Virus genome (UHGV): UHGV-1354519 | Reading direction: 5' to 3' (one strand) | Length of the DNA: 41,558 nucleotides | Source of the DNA: a virus | In this document: one piece after another, positions 17,455-24,540 of the stretch | How the letters are laid out: each line of letters opens with the position of its first letter | Position numbering within the stretch: position 1 is the first letter of the stretch | Program-made: the position numbers and the translations under genes | The notes under the pieces: model-generated | Database searches by the model: none | What the model was told of the DNA's origin: nothing | What the model saw: the letters and a program-made list of their open reading frames with translations, nothing else

Positions 17455-17512
17455 TTTTGCCAATACAGGTGTACAATATAAATGTGTTTTTATTTTGTTT
17501 GTATTGGCAAAA
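17455..17512. repeat. 13-bp perfect inverted repeat TTTTGCCAATACA / TGTATTGGCAAAA separated by 32 bp
   Basis: Seen directly. It lies upstream of rep. An adjacent imperfect inverted repeat GGTGCATCTG...CAGGTGCAC lies at 17517-17544. Confidence 0.5.
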
Positions 17513-17542
17513 TATCCGGTGCATCTGTTTGCGGCAGGTGCA

Positions 17543-17827
17543 CTAATTTTTTACGCTTTTTTCTATGTACCTGCAGCTAAGTTCCAATCCTGCTGTCATG
17601 ATGATCATCCCTATCCATAAGGATCCGGTTCCCATCAGCATGACCGCACAAATTCCGAATGCTGCTTCCAGGATCCGCAGCAATTCCTCTGCATACCGAA
17701 GCTGTCTTCTCTTCCGGAAACTCATACGATGATGTACTCTCCCCCGATTTCTTCTGCTACCTGTTTCGCTTCCTGGTACGTCCCATACTCGCTCCGGATC
17801 TTTCCGGATTGCCAGCGAATGATCCAT
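17543..17827 (-). CDS. hypothetical membrane-anchored protein
   Basis: RBS AAGGAGAGG. C-terminal hydrophobic helix. Confidence 0.4.
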   Translation of the reverse strand: MDHSLAIRKDPERVWDVPGSETGSRRNRGRVHHRMSFRKRRQLRYAEELLRILEAAFGICAVMLMGTGSLWIGMIIMTAGLELSCRYIEKSVKN

Positions 17828-17848
17828 ATCTGTTTCCTCTCCTTCTCT

Positions 17849-18007
17849 TCATTCAAATCCAAGTTCTTTGATCCTTTCTTCGATTAGCTTCAACTCTGCA
17901 ACAGCTCCTTCCTCTTCCGGAAACTGCCGCAGTTCCTCTCTTCTGCTGACAAGCCTGCTGTACTCAATGACTTGTCCTGCCGTCATGTTCAAGATTCTCT
18001 GGTCCAT
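17849..18007 (-). CDS. 52-aa hypothetical protein
   Basis: RBS AAAGGAG. Its start overlaps the 3' end of the upstream ORF by 44 nt. Confidence 0.3.
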   Translation of the reverse strand: MDQRILNMTAGQVIEYSRLVSRREELRQFPEEEGAVAELKLIEERIKELGFE

Positions 18008-18188
18008 TGGTCGCTCCTTTGATTTTTACTGATTTTCTTCCTTGATACTCCAACTCCCTGCAGTAATTGTTTAAGCAGGCAATCGCATGCTGTTTCTGCT
18101 GTTCCGAGTAGCCATTTACTCTTTCGGTCAAGCTTAGTTCCTTTATAAACTTATCGATTCGCTGTATGGTTAATCTTTTGTTTTTCAT
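17964..18188 (-). CDS. hypothetical small protein
   Basis: Start is taken at the ATG after GGAAGGTGG. Confidence 0.3.
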   Translation of the reverse strand: MKNKRLTIQRIDKFIKELSLTERVNGYSEQQKQHAIACLNNYCRELEYQGRKSVKIKGATNGPENLEHDGRTSH

Positions 18189-18212
18189 ATGTTTGTCCAC
18201 CTTCCCCCGCCT

Positions 18213-18371
18213 TCAGGCGGTTTTCTCTTTTCGTAATAATGCTTCCTGGATGATCCTGCTGCATCCATCTATCAGGCTTTTCACCTCTTCCTCTGTTCGT
18301 TCTGCATAACAGTCATCGTGTACCCGGATTGTTGCATTTTTTACTTTTACTGTTTCTACGATCAAAATCAT
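18213..18371 (-). CDS. 52-aa hypothetical protein
   Basis: RBS GAGGTGATG. Below the track cutoff. Confidence 0.25.
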   Translation of the reverse strand: MILIVETVKVKNATIRVHDDCYAERTEEEVKSLIDGCSRIIQEALLRKEKTA

Positions 18372-18425
18372 CACCTCGCTATTATGTATGCAGGTTGATT
18401 GTCCAAGGTATGTTGTCCATTACCT

Positions 18426-18611
18426 TTATTTCCGAGTTGTTCCGAATCTATCAGCCAGCATATTTACAACATCTCTGACAAAATTTAAGTTCATTTTAAA
18501 CACTCTATCCGCTTCATCTCGCATAATATTCAAAGATTCCCTTGCGATAATAAGGCTTGTTGCAATTGATGCTATGATTGAGCAGATAACGCTTGCTATT
18601 ACAATTTCCAT
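18426..18611 (-). CDS. small membrane protein (N-terminal TM helix)
   Basis: RBS AGAGAGGAG. Divergent from the plus-strand promoter at 18660. Confidence 0.35.
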   Translation of the reverse strand: MEIVIASVICSIIASIATSLIIARESLNIMRDEADRVFKMNLNFVRDVVNMLADRFGTTRK

Positions 18612-18659
18612 CTTTTCTCCTCTCTATGTTTAATCGCCATCGTAACCTCCGTGGCTGGA

Positions 18660-18730
18660 TTGCTTTCTTTTGGTTTATCTCCTATACTGTTAATACAGGC
18701 ATCTGCCAATGCCAAGTATTGTGAAAGGAG
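18660..18730 (+). promoter_or_regulatory. promoter TTGCTT-17-TATACT plus conserved operator/leader (copy 1)
   Basis: About 54 bp is near-identical to copy 2. An imperfect palindrome AATACAGGCAT-N6-ATGCCAAGTATT lies just downstream of the -10. Confidence 0.45.
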
Positions 18731-18740
18731 AAAAAACAAA

Positions 18741-19046
18741 ATGGCTAAAATGAAACTGCAAAAAATTGCAGATCTATCTTTAAAAAACATGATTATTACC
18801 TATCATGATACTAATCGCACTAGATTTGATATGGATTTCTTCACAACCTTATTTACAGAAGAAACTCAAGATCATATTACAAACGCTCTGCAAGTTTTAG
18901 AGAGTGATGGTTTAGTTGATGTTTTCATAGCAGACACAATAGCTTATATGACCACGCTCCATCCAAGTGCAATTAGAGATTTTGAAGAAGATACCCTGTT
19001 GAAAAAGGGATACAAATGCATTAAAGAAATCAGGTCTTTAATTTGA
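18741..19046 (+). CDS. hypothetical protein, lysogeny-side plus-strand gene
   Basis: 101 aa from MAKMKLQ. RBS GAAAGGAGA. The track start at 18651 lies upstream of its own promoter. Confidence 0.45.
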   Translation: MAKMKLQKIADLSLKNMIITYHDTNRTRFDMDFFTTLFTEETQDHITNALQVLESDGLVDVFIADTIAYMTTLHPSAIRDFEEDTLLKKGYKCIKEIRSLI

Positions 19047-19268
19047 TACAATCCAATCATCAGCCATTAAGTCATCCGCTGTTGGACTCCACATCTTACA
19101 GTGGTTGACTTCTTTTCCATTTTTATCAAATGTATAGGCAATACAGGATTCACTACTATTTGTCGGTCTAATCTTCAACTCTCTGTATGCTGTCTTGTTT
19201 TCGAATAATTCTCTTTCTATGTATTTTCTTTCTTCTAATGCCTGTTTCACTGCTTCCTGTATGTTCAT
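19038..19268 (-). CDS. DUF2829-family protein (Tad2-like candidate Thoeris anti-defence sponge)
   Basis: 76 aa. The N-terminal MNIQEAVKQALEERKYIER and C-terminal W-PTADDLMADDWIV match the DUF2829 pattern as I recall it. Confidence 0.5.
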   Translation of the reverse strand: MNIQEAVKQALEERKYIERELFENKTAYRELKIRPTNSSESCIAYTFDKNGKEVNHCKMWSPTADDLMADDWIVSN

Positions 19269-19285
19269 CTTCCTTGCCTCGCTTC

Positions 19286-19468
19286 CTACTCCAAAAAATA
19301 ATCCACTGATACACCGAAGTAATCAGCTACCTTTTTCAGCTTATCCACACTTGGAGACGATTCTCCCCACTTCTTAATTGTTCCGTTTCCAAAGCCCAGA
19401 GTTTTCTCAAGACAACTGATTGAGATGTTGTTCTTCTCTGCCAGCTTTAAAATTTTTTTAAGTATCAT
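19286..19468 (-). CDS. short XRE-family HTH regulator (Cro/CI-like)
   Basis: 60 aa. ILKKILKLAEKNNISISCLEKTLGFGNGTIKKWGESSPSVDKLKKVADYFGVSVDYFLE is a canonical HTH_XRE sequence. Confidence 0.75.
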   Translation of the reverse strand: MILKKILKLAEKNNISISCLEKTLGFGNGTIKKWGESSPSVDKLKKVADYFGVSVDYFLE

Positions 19469-19487
19469 AATTCCCTCCTTTTGTTTT

Positions 19488-19794
19488 CCATCTTGTAGAC
19501 AACTGCATATATATCTGTTACAATAACCTTGTTACACTTAGATAATTTTCTAAAGGTCATAAATGGCTGGAAAGGAGTTGCCGAGGAGTAACAATCTTAA
19601 GGATACCTCCGCAAAAGGAGGTGAGACTTAAGGGAATTAATCCAAATAATTCTAGAATGTATTGTGTGCATTTTTGAAATTGTTAGATTTCTAGAAGACC
19701 ACGATATGTAATAGTCTCTCCCCGTGATTATCATCCAACGATAGTTACGTGGAATCCTTTTTTCCGTACATACATGCAGTTGTCTACAAGATGG
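19488..19794. repeat. 21-bp perfect inverted repeat (CCATCTTGTAGACAACTGCAT at 19488-19508 and ATGCAGTTGTCTACAAGATGG at 19774-19794) bracketing a 265-bp ORF-free region
   Basis: Seen directly. The interior carries CTTAAG x2 and TTCTAGAA x2 palindromes and a GGAGG/CCTCC hairpin. Confidence 0.6.
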
Positions 19795-19815
19795 AAATCT
19801 TTATCTTCACATCTG

Positions 19816-19887
19816 TTGTCTTTTACCCTTTTGTCTCCTATACTGTTAATACAGGCATCTGCCAATGCCGAGTATTATGAAAGGAGA
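19816..19887 (+). promoter_or_regulatory. promoter TTGTCT-17-TATACT plus conserved operator/leader (copy 2)
   Basis: Duplicate of the 18660 unit, with 3 mismatches over about 54 bp. Confidence 0.45.
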
Positions 19888-19895
19888 TAACGTAA

Positions 19896-20075
19896 ATGGA
19901 TCATATTTCTGACATCTCTCAATTACGAGAATTATTAAACGAATCCAGCCGAGAAATTCAGGAAAACATAAGTTCTTCCACTATTGATTTTGGTACAAAA
20001 TCCCTTCTTGATTCTATTGCTCAACAAAATCATTATGTTCTGTCTGGAATTATCGAGTATCTTGAGAACAAGTAA
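19896..20075 (+). CDS. 59-aa hypothetical protein (MDHISDISQLRELLNESSREIQ...)
   Basis: Below the track cutoff. RBS AAAGGAGA. It converges on and overlaps the 20050..20244 gene. Confidence 0.35.
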   Translation: MDHISDISQLRELLNESSREIQENISSSTIDFGTKSLLDSIAQQNHYVLSGIIEYLENK

Positions 20076-20244
20076 TTTTTTCTTCTTCATCGCACTCTTC
20101 CACAACTACTTTTATCTGTGTAGGAGTGCGATAAAGAATATCTCTTGCTTGATCTATAAGCCTTTCTGCTTTTTCTAAATTATTTAATACTTCATTTTTC
20201 CCTTCCACTTTAATGCGCATGCTCTTTACCTCACTTTCTTTCAT
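20050..20244 (-). CDS. 64-aa hypothetical protein
   Basis: Strong RBS AGAGGAGG with a 7-nt spacer before the ATG (MKESEVKS...). Confidence 0.4.
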   Translation of the reverse strand: MKESEVKSMRIKVEGKNEVLNNLEKAERLIDQARDILYRTPTQIKVVVEECDEEEKITCSQDTR

Positions 20245-20335
20245 TTTGTTCCTCCTCTGCAAAATCCATCGGGTTCACTCCAAGAAATTTACATATAATA
20301 ATTGCTTCATCCATAGATAATAACGGTCTACATAT

Positions 20336-20380
20336 CCGAAGATATGCTATTGAAATCCACGAATATTGTATCATCTTCGG
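20336..20380. other. imperfect 45-bp palindrome (CCGAAGAT...ATCTTCGG arms), attP candidate A
   Basis: Seen directly, 90 bp upstream of int. Confidence 0.3.
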
Positions 20381-20469
20381 AAACAGCTTGCAATCCAGAA
20401 CATTCGTTCATGTGCTGGCTGTTATTTTTGTACCCAAATTTAAATACAATAACATAGGAGTGTGATACA

Positions 20470-22002
20470 ATGTCTTATTTTATCTACGCCAGAAAATCCA
20501 GAAAAGACGCCGAACTGGAAGCGCTAGGGATTGATGTTCTGGAACGCCACATTACTACCCTGTTAGAGTTGGCAAAGACTCTCTCTCTTCCGATCGGTGC
20601 GATTTACCGGGAAGTTGTGTCCGGAGACAGTATCGATGCCCGCCCAGTCATGACGCAAGTCCTCTCTGAGGTAGAAGCCTGTATGTGGGATGGCGCCCTC
20701 GTAATGGACGTAGATCGTCTGGCCAGAGGTGATACGATCGATCAGGGGCGTGTGCAGCGTGCATTTTTTTATTCCAACACCCGGATTGTAACACCGAATA
20801 AAACCTACGATCCTGCAAATGAGTATGATAATGAGTATTTTGAGTTCAGTTTATTTATGAGCCGCCGTGAGTACGCCACAATCAAGCGCCGGATGCAGCG
20901 TGGCAGGGAACGTTCCAGTTCTGATGGTTATTACGTTGGCAATGTTGCCCCTTATGGATGGGAGCGTGTCATTGCACCGGATGGAAAGCACTACTCTCTC
21001 GCCCCACATCAGACCGAAGCACCAGTCCTTGATCTGATGTATGATCTGTGCGGAAATAAGCAGTACGGATACCAAAAAGCCTGTACCTATATGTCCAATA
21101 TGGGAATCCTTGCAAGGAGCGGAAAGCCTTTCGCTCCCTCCACTTTAAAAGGAATTATCTCAAATCCGGCAAACATCGGAAAAGTCCGTTGGGGATATCG
21201 TAAGACAGTCAGAGCTGTAAAAGACGGTCGTGTGGTAAAGTCCCGTCCAAACGCCACGGATTACATTCTCGCAGACGCAGCATGGGCGCCACGTATCAAC
21301 ATAGACTTATTTGAGCGTGCGAATCAACCAAAAGGATGCTTCTCTGCTCCGATCAGAAGTGATCGGCCGATACAGAATCTATTTGCAGGTCTGGTCAGAT
21401 GCTCGCAATGCGGCCGGCTTATGGTCCGCAAGAAAGCACAAACAAAAACACCCTATGATTTTCTGATTTGCCAGTATGCAGAGTGTTCCACGGTCGGAAT
21501 ACGGATTGATGAACTGGAAGAAGCTCTTCTGGGGTGGCTGAAAGACTACATAGCCAAGTATGAATTTTCTGACACTCATGAGGAAGATACTGCTGCCATT
21601 GCCGCAAAAGAATTGATCGTCACAAATTTTGAGACTGAACATCAGACGCTTTTGAAACAGAGAGAATCCTTATTTGATTTTTTAGAGCAGGGAATTTACA
21701 CAAAAGAAATCTTTATTGAGCGTTCGAATGCACTGGAACAGCGGATCAGAGACTGCATGAATAACATCACTGCTGCCCGTGAAGATTTGTATGTCACAAT
21801 CGCAAGGCAGGCAAACCGAAAGAATTTTGTCCCGAAGTGCAAGAACTTATTGAGTGAGTGGGGCTCTCTGACTGTCCCGGAAAAGAACAGTGCCTTGAAA
21901 CAGCTGATTGACAGGATTGTTCTGACTAAAACGAAACGAAATAAGAAAAACCAGAAAAACTCTGAATTCACAATCGATGTGTACCCGAAAGTGCCGAAAT
22001 GA
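20470..22002 (+). CDS. int: large serine recombinase (phage integrase)
   Basis: 510 aa. N-terminal resolvase-like FIYARKSRKD (Ser nucleophile), a recombinase domain, the zinc ribbon CSQCGRLMVRK...CQYAEC and a coiled-coil C-terminus. Confidence 0.9.
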   Translation: MSYFIYARKSRKDAELEALGIDVLERHITTLLELAKTLSLPIGAIYREVVSGDSIDARPVMTQVLSEVEACMWDGALVMDVDRLARGDTIDQGRVQRAFFYSNTRIVTPNKTYDPANEYDNEYFEFSLFMSRREYATIKRRMQRGRERSSSDGYYVGNVAPYGWERVIAPDGKHYSLAPHQTEAPVLDLMYDLCGNKQYGYQKACTYMSNMGILARSGKPFAPSTLKGIISNPANIGKVRWGYRKTVRAVKDGRVVKSRPNATDYILADAAWAPRINIDLFERANQPKGCFSAPIRSDRPIQNLFAGLVRCSQCGRLMVRKKAQTKTPYDFLICQYAECSTVGIRIDELEEALLGWLKDYIAKYEFSDTHEEDTAAIAAKELIVTNFETEHQTLLKQRESLFDFLEQGIYTKEIFIERSNALEQRIRDCMNNITAAREDLYVTIARQANRKNFVPKCKNLLSEWGSLTVPEKNSALKQLIDRIVLTKTKRNKKNQKNSEFTIDVYPKVPK

Positions 22003-22024
22003 CGGTGCTTTCGGAGCATATTTA

Positions 22025-22076
22025 TTAGTTGCATCTTCTACGAGCGTATTCTTTCGCACATCCAAGATGCAACTAA
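22025..22076. other. 52-bp palindrome with perfect 13-bp arms TTAGTTGCATCTT / AAGATGCAACTAA, attP candidate B
   Basis: Seen directly, 22 bp downstream of the int stop. Confidence 0.35.
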
Positions 22077-22131
22077 TCCACATTAAATAAGTAATACCTT
22101 TTTGATAAAAATAAGATTGATACAATATTCA

Positions 22132-22164
22132 CCCCTCAGAGAGCTAATCTCCGAGGGGGTTTTA
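22132..22164. terminator. bidirectional intrinsic terminator CCCCTCAGAGAG...TCTCCGAGGGGG TTTT between int and the amidase gene
   Basis: GC-rich stem with a T-run on the plus strand and a U-rich tract on the minus side. Confidence 0.5.
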
Positions 22165-22902
22165 TTAAATAGATTTAACCGGTTCACGATACAATGGGTT
22201 CATCAGTCTCACATGCCATGGTGCATTTTTGCCCCAACTGTAGCACGGCATATCATGCCCAAAGTTATCCTTATAGACCTGCTGAATGATTTTTAACTCG
22301 TCTGGATGTGCTAAAGCTGTCACAACTCCATCATGCATCCAATAAACACATCCTTTTCCTTCTACTGTAAACATACACTGCATAGTCTCTTCTCCTTCCT
22401 GATCTTCTGTTGCGACTTGATTTCCATTCATCAGTTCGCTGATACGTTTAATAAAATACGTTTTTGTCGCTGTCGCACCACCGTGAATCTCCACTGATCT
22501 GTGCGGACAAGCAGTGGCAAACACCTCCTGATGTAACATAATCGTGCTTGCACTTGGTGTAATTCCGTACTGCTTACATTTCTGCGCTGCTAACTGCAAT
22601 GCTTTTTCTTCGTTCGCCTTAAAGGTATCCAAGTCCCCCATGCTCTGGCAGACCTCTATACTCAAGAAATTGAGATTTCCGTTCAAGTATCCGCAGTGCC
22701 AAGCGCAATTTTCGTCATCTTCCGCCTGTAAGATTCCATCGCTGCACACATAATAATGGGCAAATCCGTTTTCCAAGTTTGCGTTTTGTAAGTAATTCCT
22801 GTAATACGCTGTCGTAGCATTCTGACCGTCTGCCCCATTATGAATAAAAATACCGACAGGATTTTTACCTCTCCTGCCGGCAATTCCTCTACAAATACTC
22901 AT
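22165..22902 (-). CDS. N-acetylmuramoyl-L-alanine amidase (Amidase_2/PGRP-type) lysin with an uncharacterised C-terminal domain
   Basis: GIFIHNGA, HQEV and TACPHRS are zinc-amidase motifs. The C-terminal ~85 aa may be a wall-binding domain. Confidence 0.75.
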   Translation of the reverse strand: MSICRGIAGRRGKNPVGIFIHNGADGQNATTAYYRNYLQNANLENGFAHYYVCSDGILQAEDDENCAWHCGYLNGNLNFLSIEVCQSMGDLDTFKANEEKALQLAAQKCKQYGITPSASTIMLHQEVFATACPHRSVEIHGGATATKTYFIKRISELMNGNQVATEDQEGEETMQCMFTVEGKGCVYWMHDGVVTALAHPDELKIIQQVYKDNFGHDMPCYSWGKNAPWHVRLMNPLYREPVKSI

Positions 22903-22997
22903 TATTTCTCCTCCTGTTCTTCCTCCTGCTCTTCTGCTTCAAATACTTTTTCCAGTTCCTCTGCTGTTGTTCTTCCAAATTCGTTCTGTTCACTCAT
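22902..22997 (-). CDS. 31-aa highly acidic peptide (MSEQNEFGRTTAEELEKVFEAEEQEEEQEEK)
   Basis: Its stop TAA overlaps the amidase ATG (TAATG). Below the track cutoff. Confidence 0.25.
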   Translation of the reverse strand: MSEQNEFGRTTAEELEKVFEAEEQEEEQEEK

Positions 22998-23065
22998 GTT
23001 CTCACCACCTTTTTGCATAATACGCACAATAAAAGAGAGCCTGTTTACAAGCCCTCTTTTCACTA

Positions 23066-23923
23066 TTATAAGATTCCGCCTCCATCAACAGATTTTAAAC
23101 TGTTGATATTGATAATCTGATAATAGCCCTCTCCGATTGGTCTCATGTAAAAACGCTGCGCATCTGAACCATTTGTATCATAAATATCAATATTTGTATG
23201 GTTGTCTACTCCATTTCCAAACACATCCAAACGCTTATTTGTATTGATTTTCGGAGCGAGTTCAAACGCAAAATTCCCTAATATTGAATCATTTACTGGG
23301 ATTATCTTCCATTTCTGAGCATTTGTTCCATTCCTTTTATAGGCTACAACATTCTGTCCATTCTCATCTTTACCTTCATGTACATCCAAAAACAGACCAT
23401 TTCCTTTGCACTGCATTTCATAGAATCCATCTGTGTCCTTTATCAGCTTCCACCACTGATTATCTCCCCCGTTCCATTCATATAAATGTACATTCTTAAT
23501 TTCTTCCGTTTCTGTGTTGCCTTTATATCTCAAAATACAATCCCACGGGAAATTATAATACCCATGCACACTCGCTTCTTTTCCACTGCTGTCCCCTGAA
23601 GCTCCATCGTAATCAGAAGAAAATTCAGCCAGCTGGTTATTACCTACATATAATGCCACATGATTCACTTCATTTAGAAGAATATCTCCTCTGTTCAATG
23701 AAGTGCCAACTGGCAGCCTTGTCCATCCTCTCGCACAAAGCTCTGCTGCCATATTCCCTGTATATGTAGCTGATCCAGTATCAAATCCAGCATTTCGCAA
23801 TGCTGTTATGATGGAGCTTGCACAATCGTAATCCTTTGGCCCCCATCCTCCGAGACGATAACCATATGAATTGTCATTACACATATTTACCATATTTTGA
23901 ATGAATTGTTCTAAATTTGCCAT
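23066..23923 (-). CDS. endolysin: NlpC/P60-like peptidase plus ricin-B (beta-trefoil, QxW repeats) domain
   Basis: The N-terminal GPKDYDCASSII...GDILLNEVNHVALYVG has a Cys-His dyad. The C-terminus has QWWK/QKWK/QRFY repeats. Confidence 0.7.
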   Translation of the reverse strand: MANLEQFIQNMVNMCNDNSYGYRLGGWGPKDYDCASSIITALRNAGFDTGSATYTGNMAAELCARGWTRLPVGTSLNRGDILLNEVNHVALYVGNNQLAEFSSDYDGASGDSSGKEASVHGYYNFPWDCILRYKGNTETEEIKNVHLYEWNGGDNQWWKLIKDTDGFYEMQCKGNGLFLDVHEGKDENGQNVVAYKRNGTNAQKWKIIPVNDSILGNFAFELAPKINTNKRLDVFGNGVDNHTNIDIYDTNGSDAQRFYMRPIGEGYYQIININSLKSVDGGGIL

Positions 23924-24012
23924 AAAATAATACCTCCATAATCTATTCTTTACTTATTTACGAGTTTCTATATTTATACACACATTGGAACCACCCCCCA
24001 TTCCATAAACAT

Positions 24013-24483
24013 TCATTGTTTAGTATTATCGTCTTTATTTACCAACTTATCTGCAACTTCTAATCCTTTGATAAGAACAACTGGCACATTTAATCCAGCT
24101 TCTACAAAATTTTCCAAGATCGATCTAATCTCGTTAATAAGCAAGCTTGCAAGTACAAACCATCCAAGTAATGTTGTAACCTGTAAATCTACTCCGATAG
24201 TCTTTCCTATTTCTATGAATACTGCACTTGCTCCAAATGCTACCATAATCATCAACCAGTACCCTAATTTCTTTAATACGCCTTTCCATCCTTTAACAGA
24301 ATTTTCTTTCTTAGCCATTCTGCTCTTCATCCATCCTGTTAGCCAATCAGCAATATTTAAAAGCAAAAATGCTACAAATAAAATCCAATGTTCTCCGAGG
24401 ATGTACGAGAGAACAGCAACGACCGTTCCTACAATCGCATTATAAACATCAATAATTGGTTCTGCATAATTCATTTTCTTCAT
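24013..24483 (-). CDS. holin (TcdE/phage_holin_4-like, three TM helices)
   Basis: 156 aa. Three hydrophobic helices and a charged C-terminus, located immediately upstream of the lysins. Confidence 0.7.
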   Translation of the reverse strand: MKKMNYAEPIIDVYNAIVGTVVAVLSYILGEHWILFVAFLLLNIADWLTGWMKSRMAKKENSVKGWKGVLKKLGYWLMIMVAFGASAVFIEIGKTIGVDLQVTTLLGWFVLASLLINEIRSILENFVEAGLNVPVVLIKGLEVADKLVNKDDNTKQ

Positions 24484-24540
24484 ATCCTCACTTTCCTTCC
24501 TGTATTCGAATTGTAAAATAAAATGTGTACAGACTCTCTC

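Noticed and set aside
17849-18188. Two consecutive minus-strand small ORFs overlapping by 44 nt in different frames; considered a possible frameshifted single gene
   Set aside because: Each has its own plausible RBS and neither has a recognisable domain. There is no slippery sequence at the overlap. The evidence is insufficient to call a frameshift or pseudogene.
18204-18230. Strong plus-strand intrinsic-terminator-like hairpin CCGCC-TTCA-GGCGG followed by TTTTCTCTTTT
   Set aside because: There is no credible plus-strand gene upstream and it lies inside the 3' end of a minus-strand small ORF. It may stop antisense read-through, but the function is unsupported.
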